Shown here: one piece after another, positions 17,635 to 27,025 of the stretch
Layout of the letters: each line of letters starts with the position of its first letter
How positions within the stretch are numbered: the first letter of the stretch is position 1
Assembly (NCBI GenBank): GCA_963796965.1
Contig: CAWCNS010000005.1
Span: 448,001 to 512,000, forward strand
Reading direction: 5' to 3'
Length of the DNA stretch: 64,000 nt
Origin: Calditrichia bacterium
GTDB taxonomy: Bacteria > Calditrichota > Calditrichia > JAJRVZ01
Translations under genes and position numbers: made by a program
The notes under the pieces: model-generated
What the model saw: the letters and a program-made list of their open reading frames with translations, nothing else
What the model was told of the DNA's origin: nothing
The model's database searches: none

Positions 17635-20463
17635 TTAGTTTTCTAAAATATATCTGATTTTTTTAGAGATCTCTTTGATCGAGAAAGGCTTTTGCAGAAA
17701 ATTTATACCCTGATCAAGCCGTCCACTTCTCACGATATGATTATCTGTATAACCGGAAGTGAAAAGGATCTTAATTCCGGGAACAAATTTCACAATTTCC
17801 TCCGCTAACTCCTTTCCTCCCATTTCTGGCATTATAACATCTGTAATAAGCAAATCCAGTTTCAATTTATTTCGTCTAACTATTTCAAGAGCTTCCAGAC
17901 CATTACATGCTTCAAAAGTGTTATATTGTAAAGTTTTTAGGGTTCGATTCATAAATTTCCGTACTTCATCGTCATCTTCAACAAATAAGATAGTCTCTTC
18001 GCCCCGAGCCATTTCTTCACTCGGTTCATCTTTGTATTCTGCAACAATATCGAGATCTGTCGTTGGCCAGTAAATTTTGAAAGTCGATCCTTTATTTGGT
18101 TCGCTATAGACATATATATTACCATTATTCTGTTTAACTATGCCATAAACAGTAGATAGACCCAGTCCTGTCCCTTTTCCGTTAGATTTGGTCGTATAGA
18201 AAGGCTCAAAAATCTTGCTGATTGTTTCATCCTTCATTCCGGAACCGGTATCACTCACAGCGATCAACAAATAATCACCGACTTTTACTTCGGGATGATT
18301 GACGATGTAATTAAAATCGAGATATATTTGTTTGGTTTCAATGGTTATTTTTTTATCTTGAGTTTTGATATCAATCTGATTAATGGCATCACGTGCATTA
18401 ATAACCAAATTGACCAATATTTGTTCGATTTGACCTGGATCCGCTTTTATGTGATCAATATCTCCGGAAAGTATGGTTTTAAGATTGATATCTTCACCAA
18501 TCAACCTCCGCATCATTTTTTCTAAATTAATAATGACTTTATTGATGTTGATTACATGTGGTTCAATAATCTGCTTCCGACTAAAGGCAAGTAGTTGGCG
18601 CGTTAAATCCTCGGCTCTCTCAATTCCCCGGCTGATTCCTGATATTTCATTCGTTCCGACAGAGTTTTCTGGCATTTTCATCAAAGCAAGGTCGGAGTAG
18701 CCTCTAAGTGCGGTTAATATATTATTAAAATCGTGAGCAATGCCACCAGCGAGCATACCGATAGAATCCATTTTTTGAGATTGAAATAATTGTTGTTCTA
18801 ATTTACGTTTTTTTGTTATATCTCTGATGATACCCTGATAAACTAGTATTTTTCCGCTTTTATCTCTCAATGCCGTAGCCGTCTCAACGGCAATTAAGTT
18901 TTTACCATCTTTAGTTTTTAATTTGAATTCAAATTCTGTTATATGACCATCCCTATCGATGATGGTACGGAATTTTTGTCGGTCTTCCGGATTTGCATAG
19001 AGATCTTTAGCGATATTGATCTTAAGTATTTCTTCTTTTGAGGAATATCCAAATAAATCCAAACCGGCAGGATTCATATCAATAAAATTTCCTTCTGGTG
19101 TACTAATAAATACCACATCTCTTGATTTTTCGAAAAGGGTCTGGTACTGTTTCTCAGATTGTTGAAGTAATTCCTCTGTATTTTTTCTTTCATAAGCCAA
19201 GACAAGAAGATCACCAACAATTTTCAATAAGGATATTTTTTCTTTGGACCATTTCACCTTATCTTTCATGGAATCAAATCCAATAAATCCAACCAGGTTA
19301 TTTTTTGACATTAACGGCATTATTATAATTGATTTTATTCCTGCTGACGCTATCATATTTCTGTCATTATGAGCATTTTTGGGAAAATCATCGACATCTT
19401 CTATAATAACTGGTTTCTGATCTTCTAATTGAGTCATTGTCCATGACAAATCCAGTGGTGTAAATGTATCAATGAAATTAGAGTTCTCATTTTCCCATTT
19501 GTGGAAAAGCTCAAAAGAGGGCTGATCTTTAAGACTATTACTTTTATATAGATATAAATAGCTGCAACAAACCTGTGCAAATTCACCAATCGCTTTTACA
19601 GTATTTTTCATGCCATCTTCAAGTTCTTTAAATTGAAGATGTATAAATTGAGTGGACAGTGTTGTGATCAGCTGTTCTGAGTCCACTCTTCGTCTGAGTG
19701 CTTCTTCTGTAATTATTTGCTCACTTATTTTATTAATTAATTCTTCATTTACCGTTACTAATTGTGTCGTTCTCTCCTCGACCCGCAATTCTAAATTCTG
19801 TCGAGCTGCATCAACCTTCTTTTTCTCTTCTTCAAGCAATCTGGTTTGTAAGAAATCTCTTCGTGAGTAGAATTCTATTGAATACCCGGCAATCATACCA
19901 ATAAAATTGCCACTCAGAAAAAAGAAGTTATTACTGATCAATATTTCGATTGGCGTATTTGTTAAGAATATTGCTGCAAATTCATATGATATAACAATAG
20001 CCCATCCGGCAAATGTTGCCCAAATAAATCGAAGTTTAAAAAAGGTATACCCGTAAAGAAAAACAAGAATTAATCCCGCATAGTAGGAATAGTTACTTGG
20101 ATAGGGTGCGATTAGGATCATCGCAATGATACCTATTCCAGCAAAAAGTACCACAGAATAGATGCTTAATTGCATGTATTTCTTAAAATACTCTGTGTAT
20201 GAAAATATATAAATAAGAATGACATAAGGACAAAATAATGCGAAACGGATAAACCACAGATCATCTCTTACTTCCGGGACAATCCAGTGATCCAGGACGC
20301 CAAATACCGAGTAGATGAAAATTGCCAATAAAAGACTAAGCCTGACATGGCGTATTGATTTAGTATAAAAAAGGTTCAGATATTCTTTTTCAAGCACACC
20401 GGAAAATGCTAACGTAAAAATATTACCTTCTATGTGTGTGTTTTCAGAAGAAAGGATTTTCAT
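17635..20463 (-). CDS. Hybrid sensor histidine kinase (multi-TM sensor, GAF, PAS, HisKA, HATPase, REC)
   Basis: AGGIAHDFNNIL, QILVNLVINARDA, DTGSGM, GTGLGL, C-terminal VEDD...DVIMP...KP. Confidence 0.92.
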   Translation of the reverse strand: MKILSSENTHIEGNIFTLAFSGVLEKEYLNLFYTKSIRHVRLSLLLAIFIYSVFGVLDHWIVPEVRDDLWFIRFALFCPYVILIYIFSYTEYFKKYMQLSIYSVVLFAGIGIIAMILIAPYPSNYSYYAGLILVFLYGYTFFKLRFIWATFAGWAIVISYEFAAIFLTNTPIEILISNNFFFLSGNFIGMIAGYSIEFYSRRDFLQTRLLEEEKKKVDAARQNLELRVEERTTQLVTVNEELINKISEQIITEEALRRRVDSEQLITTLSTQFIHLQFKELEDGMKNTVKAIGEFAQVCCSYLYLYKSNSLKDQPSFELFHKWENENSNFIDTFTPLDLSWTMTQLEDQKPVIIEDVDDFPKNAHNDRNMIASAGIKSIIIMPLMSKNNLVGFIGFDSMKDKVKWSKEKISLLKIVGDLLVLAYERKNTEELLQQSEKQYQTLFEKSRDVVFISTPEGNFIDMNPAGLDLFGYSSKEEILKINIAKDLYANPEDRQKFRTIIDRDGHITEFEFKLKTKDGKNLIAVETATALRDKSGKILVYQGIIRDITKKRKLEQQLFQSQKMDSIGMLAGGIAHDFNNILTALRGYSDLALMKMPENSVGTNEISGISRGIERAEDLTRQLLAFSRKQIIEPHVININKVIINLEKMMRRLIGEDINLKTILSGDIDHIKADPGQIEQILVNLVINARDAINQIDIKTQDKKITIETKQIYLDFNYIVNHPEVKVGDYLLIAVSDTGSGMKDETISKIFEPFYTTKSNGKGTGLGLSTVYGIVKQNNGNIYVYSEPNKGSTFKIYWPTTDLDIVAEYKDEPSEEMARGEETILFVEDDDEVRKFMNRTLKTLQYNTFEACNGLEALEIVRRNKLKLDLLITDVIMPEMGGKELAEEIVKFVPGIKILFTSGYTDNHIVRSGRLDQGINFLQKPFSIKEISKKIRYILEN

Positions 20464-20495
20464 CTCTTAACTTTTGATAAAATTAAAACTATTTG

Positions 20496-21875
20496 TTATT
20501 TAATGGGCAACTTTTTAACAATGAGTATGGTCATATCATCCAGTTGCTCTTCCTGAAAAGTATTTACTTCTCTAACTATTTTATCTAGTATTTTATTTGT
20601 GGGTAGATCTGCATATTGATCGAGCATTTGTTCCAGGCGTATTTGACCAAACATCTCCCCTTTTTTATTTGTTGCTTCTGTGATACCATCTGAAAAAAGC
20701 ATGATGATATCCCCTTCGCTGATCGGGACAGTATTATCTTTCTGAAAATTTCCTATTCTTTCAGCGATACCTAGCCAGGTTCCCTCAGTGGTCACAATTT
20801 CAGTATTATTTACTCCAGCACGATAAACGATTAAATCCTGATGTTTTCCTGCAAAGGTCATATCCACATCTGTAAATTTTAAGGCCATCATGGTCATATA
20901 ATGATCGGATCCCAATCTTGAGATATTTTCCCGGATGACCGTATTAATTGAACAAAGAATGTCTGAAGGTTTTGAATTCCCCGGATTATTTACCGTGGAT
21001 AAAACGCTTGTTTGTGCCATCATCATAATTAATCCCGAATCGACACCATGTCCTGAAACATCGCCAATCGTAATCCATCTATCACCCTTGCTTGTCTCTA
21101 TCACATCATAATAATCGCCGCCCACTTCTTTGGCAGGGATCATTTTTGCTGCAACTTCGTACCCACTTATTTTTTCTTCATTGGGTAATAATGCTGTCTG
21201 GATTCTTTTTGCCAATTCCATCTCGCTCCAGATAGCATCTCTGGCTTTACGCAATTCCACCATCAGCATGAATTCTTTTTTAACAAGTTTGTGCTTAACA
21301 TAATTAATGCTAACAGCCATTATCGCTGTTGCCGTCATGAAGAAAAGATTGTTTATTAAGATAGAAGGACTATAATCCTTCGCGGCAATAAAATTAAAAA
21401 GCAAATACATGGAGATAACCATCAAACTATTTATCGTCGAGTGGATCACTCTCCACGGTATCAATAAAATTACGCCTATAATAACCAGGTTTAAACCTGC
21501 ATAATAACTGGAATTAAATCCCCCCAAATCGATCGTCATTAAAGCAATGATACCGCCGACGTTTATGGCAATAAAATATCCGTGAAAGTATGATAAATTG
21601 CTCGGTTTGGTATTGCGGATAATAAAAAATTGTATAACAACAATAATTGTAGAAATAAGACGATAGACGCCGAATTTTGGTAACAATTCAGGTGGCATTA
21701 AGAAATAATCAAGAAAGAAAAACATCGGCACCAGAATATAGGCAAGAGTCGTAAGGGTTTTTAACCATTCATGGATGATACTATTCAAGTACAGGTCAAA
21801 ATCTTGCTCTTCATAGTTAAATGGCTCGTCTGTATTCCAGTTTTTTAAAGATGTTATATTTTTATTTCGCTTCAT
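20496..21875 (-). CDS. Membrane PP2C/SpoIIE-family Ser/Thr phosphatase (SiaA/RsbU-like)
   Basis: About 5-6 TM helices, then AKRIQ..LLP, VGGDYYD, IGDVSGHG, FSDGITE, DDMT. Confidence 0.9.
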   Translation of the reverse strand: MKRNKNITSLKNWNTDEPFNYEEQDFDLYLNSIIHEWLKTLTTLAYILVPMFFFLDYFLMPPELLPKFGVYRLISTIIVVIQFFIIRNTKPSNLSYFHGYFIAINVGGIIALMTIDLGGFNSSYYAGLNLVIIGVILLIPWRVIHSTINSLMVISMYLLFNFIAAKDYSPSILINNLFFMTATAIMAVSINYVKHKLVKKEFMLMVELRKARDAIWSEMELAKRIQTALLPNEEKISGYEVAAKMIPAKEVGGDYYDVIETSKGDRWITIGDVSGHGVDSGLIMMMAQTSVLSTVNNPGNSKPSDILCSINTVIRENISRLGSDHYMTMMALKFTDVDMTFAGKHQDLIVYRAGVNNTEIVTTEGTWLGIAERIGNFQKDNTVPISEGDIIMLFSDGITEATNKKGEMFGQIRLEQMLDQYADLPTNKILDKIVREVNTFQEEQLDDMTILIVKKLPIK

Positions 21876-21921
21876 GTTCTACATTCGCTTAAAATTCAAT
21901 TCTAAATTCGTGTATTCAGAC

Positions 21922-23319
21922 TTAACTATTTTGCTTTTTTACATGTAAAAACATCTGGCTTCCGGTGTTCTCAAAAAACACAGAACTCTGAGCTGTTGGC
22001 TCGGACGATAACAATCTCTTAAACTCCTCTTCTGTTCGACAGTAGAGAACCCAATCAAGCCAGTATTCCATATAGATTCTGCTGGGATTTGAAACATGAA
22101 AATTACCAATTATCATTTCGCCTCCCGGTGTCAATAACTGGAATAGTTTAGAAAGGACAACTCGCGCTGCCGGAGGTGTAAGATAATCAAACAGCCCCAT
22201 GGAATATATAAAATTAAATTTTCCCCATTTATCCGTAACTTCTTTGGTGGTCAGCATGGTTCTCACTGACTCATTCAAGTAGGTTACGTCGAGTTTTTTG
22301 CCAAATTGGATTTGCAGATCTTCTACCAGGTTCTTAGCTGTCTCCAGGGCTGATGGATCCTGGTCTAATAAATTAAAATGATACTTAGAAAAGTCATCAG
22401 AATCAGACAGAATATCCTGAAGTTCGTAGGCCGGCCCGCAGGCAACGGATAGTATGGATAATTTTGTTTGTTTATTCCAAAGATTAGTTTTCTCGATATC
22501 GTTAAAATATTTAGCAATTAATTTTCTTCTCGTCCTAACTGCTTGTGCCCCTGGATGCTCAATTGGATGTTTATGCATAAGCATACCAAAAAGCGTATCT
22601 CCTTCGTAACTATTATCATATATCATCTTCATCATTTCGTAATCACCAGCATATCCTCTTGGTTTAAGATTTGTCCGCACCATAATGGGCGAGCAGGCGA
22701 TGATGTTCCACAACTGTTTTCTGAAATAAAATCCATGGCGTTCATGTTCTTCATTTGAATAGTTTGCTACCAAATTCCCCAGTTCCTCAAGTTTATCATC
22801 AAGAAAAGCCATAAACTTTCTTCCCTCAGTCTCGATGATTGATTTACGGATAATCTTTCTAATTTCCCTTGGCTCAGATTGAATTTGAGCATCGATTTGA
22901 TCAAAAACATCTTTATATACATTGAGGTCATAGGTTAGATTGGCCACATGATGCTTAAATTCCTTATTTATCTCATCTTTATGACCCAAGATTAAGGGGA
23001 TATTAATAAATGAGGACTGCAATTTTACAATATTTTTATTGAAGAATAAGTTCTCAAAATCATATACATCTTTTATAAATACGATCTTGCCATGTTTACC
23101 ATTTGCATTTCCATTTTTCAAGAGTTGGCAAGGTCCAAGCTTTACATTATTACCATTGAGTTTGAAAATCAATCGGGGAAATATAAACCCATCAGGGAAA
23201 GATTTTCCATTCAAAAACTTTATGTTCAATGAATACTTAGATACATATTCAGCCTCAATGGGGATATTTTCCCTGCCATCTATTAAAGTGGCATCTATTT
23301 TAAACTCAGACTGATTCAT
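21922..23319 (-). CDS. Class I SAM-dependent methyltransferase, PhcB-like (3-hydroxy fatty acid methyl ester synthase family)
   Basis: KPRGYAGDYEMM, AQAVRTR, ILSVACGPAYE, LLDQD, YSMGLFDYL, GNF..NP...ME...DW.L..R. The PhcB-like call is from remembered motifs. Confidence 0.75.
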   Translation of the reverse strand: MNQSEFKIDATLIDGRENIPIEAEYVSKYSLNIKFLNGKSFPDGFIFPRLIFKLNGNNVKLGPCQLLKNGNANGKHGKIVFIKDVYDFENLFFNKNIVKLQSSFINIPLILGHKDEINKEFKHHVANLTYDLNVYKDVFDQIDAQIQSEPREIRKIIRKSIIETEGRKFMAFLDDKLEELGNLVANYSNEEHERHGFYFRKQLWNIIACSPIMVRTNLKPRGYAGDYEMMKMIYDNSYEGDTLFGMLMHKHPIEHPGAQAVRTRRKLIAKYFNDIEKTNLWNKQTKLSILSVACGPAYELQDILSDSDDFSKYHFNLLDQDPSALETAKNLVEDLQIQFGKKLDVTYLNESVRTMLTTKEVTDKWGKFNFIYSMGLFDYLTPPAARVVLSKLFQLLTPGGEMIIGNFHVSNPSRIYMEYWLDWVLYCRTEEEFKRLLSSEPTAQSSVFFENTGSQMFLHVKKQNS

Positions 23320-23697
23320 TTGTTAGGATTTCCCTCGATTAATATTCTATGATCTTTTGTTTGAAATATTTCCAGAGCAGAAAAAATCAGATGTTGCCAT
23401 TTCAATGAATGCTAAATACTTGACAGTTACCCCAACTTTGCTTCTCTTAGCCCGTTCTAATATTTTAATAATCGGTGTAATTGTAGATGAATTCATATAT
23501 TCAATATTGCAGAAATCAAGAATCATTCTTTTTTCCTGGCTAATACTCTTTTTTAAATATTTTATTAGGATAGGGGTAATAAAAGAGCTGGGTTGTCGTT
23601 CGATACTTTTCCCAGCCCAATGGATATTAATATAATCACTTCCTTCAGTTACAGAAATCACCAACAGCTCGTTATTGAATTTTTCAGTCTTACTCAT
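23316..23697 (-). CDS. STAS-like / SiaC-like phospho-acceptor; one frameshift near 23412
   Basis: LDFCNIEYMNSST; the alternative frame continues SLKWQHLIFSALEIFQTKDHRILIEGNPNK* with TGA overlapping the next ATG (ATGA). Confidence 0.75.
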
Positions 23698-23711
23698 TAT
23701 CCCTCCAAACG

Positions 23712-24212
23712 CTATAATCCATATTTTGAGATGGCCGAAACATTTAAGGTGTCATCCAGAACAAAAAAATCAAGTATCGCCTTACCTTCATAGGCAATAC
23801 GCGCCAATCCCAATCCACTTTCTTCATCTTCCAATGGTTTTTTAGAGATCTCCTTTAGTTTTTCAACGTAGGCTTGAAATGAATCCTGATATCCCCTTAT
23901 CCATTGGATAGTCTGGTCTAGTCTTTTTAGATGATGGGTATTTTTACCATCGACCGGATTATTCACTTCAATGGTGATGAGACTTTTATCAATATCGAGA
24001 TAGATTAATACTTCGGACCTAAATCCTTCAAAATCTCCATATTTGATACTGTTCTCAACTAATTCACTAAGAATCATTGTCAAGGAGTGGATTAAATCAT
24101 CTGAAAAACCATGTGTTTCCAGAAATTGGATTCCTGCATTTCGAATATTTTCAATTTCATTCCATTCAGGAGGAATGTTCAACTTCAATGAATTCTCCAT
24201 CCGCATCCTCAT
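23712..24212 (-). CDS. Stand-alone HATPase-fold Ser/Thr kinase (anti-sigma / SiaB-like)
   Basis: ELVENSIKYG N-box and ESGLGLARI G-box; no HisKA domain. Confidence 0.8.
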   Translation of the reverse strand: MRMRMENSLKLNIPPEWNEIENIRNAGIQFLETHGFSDDLIHSLTMILSELVENSIKYGDFEGFRSEVLIYLDIDKSLITIEVNNPVDGKNTHHLKRLDQTIQWIRGYQDSFQAYVEKLKEISKKPLEDEESGLGLARIAYEGKAILDFFVLDDTLNVSAISKYGL

Positions 24213-24573
24213 ATATTAACATTTATGGTATTCGTATTGTCATACTAACTCATTATATGTATTCGTCATAATCTGGCCCATTCTTTAATATGTGAAAATT
24301 ATTTTCCTTAAAAACCCCTAAAATAAGGCTTTATACGCTCTTCTTGTGAATTATTTTGCAACTTATTTAAATTATCACTTATGATACTAAGTTAGTCCCC
24401 ATTACCCATAAATCTTATGTAAAACTTTATAGAGATATTAGAATATATGGTATATATAGATTCTGGATTGGAACAATAAAACAGTCTATTTGTATTTGGA
24501 ATTATATTAAGGGAGAAAAGTATAGTCAGGCTGGGTAGAAAGATGTTAATTATTATAATTTTCGATCTAAAGA

Positions 24574-27005
24574 TTAATCCTTTACGACGATTAAATAGGT
24601 GTTGCCCCGCTCTGAAGCGAATTCACTAACTGACTTTACGGGCGTTGTGGTCTTTATCAGTTTGCCCTCCGAGGTTATTGTAAGCGGATAGCTGCAAAAA
24701 AGACGACATAAATTACCCGCCTCAGATTTAATCTGTCCCCGGGTTAACCTGCCCTTTTCCCATTCCATATCGACAATGAATCCACCACGCGCCTTTAAAC
24801 CGGTTATACGTCCTTTTGACCAGGATTTTGGTAAAGCGGGAAGAAGATGGATTTGTCCGTTATGGCTTTGCAGTAGCATCTCGGCAATGCCAGCCGTACC
24901 GCCAAAATTGCCATCGATCTGAAAGGGTGGATGGGTATTAAAAAGATTGGTTAAGGTACTCTTTTGCAAAAGCTGCTGCACATGTTTATGTGCTTCTTCA
25001 CCGTTAAGCAGACGCGCATAAAGATTGATAATCCAGGCCCTACTCCAGCCCGTATGACCACCGCCATGTTGCAGTCGGCGCTCGATCGTCGCGGCAGCGG
25101 CCTCAAAAAGTTCTGGTGTTTGAGGTGATATGAGGGCAAACGGGTATAAACCAAGCAAATGGGACATATGCCGATGACCAGGATTCTTCTCCTCGAAATC
25201 CTTATACCATTCCCTGATAGTCCCATCATTACCTATACTCAAATCTGGCAATTTTTTCAACGCTGTTTCCAGTTCTCTACGAAATGCTTCATCAGTACCC
25301 AGAAACTCGGAGGCTTTGATCGTTGCTGCAAATATCGTACGAACAATCGTTGTGTGATAAGTGGAGCCTTGCGTAATCCATACAGCCTTCCCTGTTTCCG
25401 GATGAATATAGCTGTTTTCGGGAGAGGTCGAGGGTACAGTAACAAGGTTCCGTCTTTATTTTCAACAAGATAATCGAGTAAAAACACACAGGCCCCTCTT
25501 AGGACTGGGTAAGCCTGATCGTTTAGAAAAGACTGATCCTGCGTAAAGCAATAATGTCGCCAGAGGGTCATCGCCATCCAGGTTCCTGCTAATGGATCAA
25601 GAACACTGTTTAGAAACTGAGAGTATAAGGTAGAGCCTCCCGGTGTGGTTCTTCCAAAAAGATTAACCGTTACAAAGGCAACCCAGCCATCCGATCCATA
25701 TAGTTTTTCAGCGGAGATCTTTCCTTTTTCGGCCACACATCCAAACCAATCTACCAGAGGAATCATAGTCTCAGAAAGATTGCATAGATCCGCCGGCCAG
25801 TAGTTCATCTGTAGATTTACATCGAGATGATAGTCTGCCTCCCAGGGTGCCCACATTTCCTTATTCCATATGCCCTGTAAATTGGCAGGTAGTTTTCCAG
25901 GAAAGCGGGAACTATTCATTAGAAGATAGCGACCAAACTGAAAATAGAGTTCCACCAGACCAGGATCTTCCCTACCTTCTTTTAGCGCTGCCAGACGCTG
26001 GTCCGTGGGCAAATCATCCTGTTCAGAATCTCCAAGCTCAATCCCCACACGATTAAATATAGGACTATGCTCTTTGATATGGTCACGAAGAATCTCCACC
26101 CAGGACTTCTTTGCTGCTTTTTCAAGAATACTGTTTGCCCTATAACCAGGATCAATCGACCGGTCAAAATTCATCTTTTCCAGACTAAAATCAGTCACAG
26201 CTGTAAACAGAAGGATCATTTCATCCGCGCCGTCCACCACCAGCGTATTATCATCGGATTTTGAAGTTCCACCTTTTAGTTTTACAAGCAAACGGCCAGC
26301 GAATTTCATATGTTTGCCGCCGGGGCCCGATCCACCAGCATTGTCATCGTAGCCGCCATCAGATTTTGGAATGTCGACAATTTGTCCATCCATTTGCAGT
26401 TTGTTTTGTCCGGAAGTCGTGACTTCCATATCCTTCTGACGATCCAGACGAATTCGCCCACTTATGGACCCAGCCCTGTCTGAGGAGATCTTTATTGCTA
26501 TAACATCATCAACGGCTGAAATAAGAATCTCACGCTTGAATACAATGCCATCTACATGATACTGTACAGATACAAGACCTTTTTCCATATCGAGTTCGCG
26601 CCGGTATCCTTTTACATTTGGTCCGTGGTCCAAGGCGATCAAAAGATCGGCGAGAGGTTCATAAGAGCGAAAAGATGTCGGCTCTTTGGTAAGATTTTCC
26701 TTTCCATACTCATGGGCTTCGGGAATCTTCTCATCAAGAACAAGAGATTGTAATGTTCTCAGGTTCTCTGAAAAGTTGTCCGGGTAAACATCGAAAGGTT
26801 CCCCGGCCCAAAGGCTTTCCTCATTAAGTTGCAGCCTTTCAAGAGGCGCAGATCCGAATACCATGGCACCTAACCGGCCATTACCGAGCGGAAGGGCCTC
26901 TTCCCATTTCTCAGCTGGTTGCCGATACCACAGGGTGCTCTCTCCGCCATATGTCATCGTTATTGTGAATAGACAAATTACCCCAAACACAAAACATTTA
27001 ACCAT
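24574..27005 (-). CDS. Glycoside hydrolase family 95 (alpha-L-fucosidase-like); one frameshift near 25440
   Basis: [61 protein letters not shown]. Confidence 0.9.
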
Positions 27006-27025
27006 TAATAATTCCTATCTCAGAT

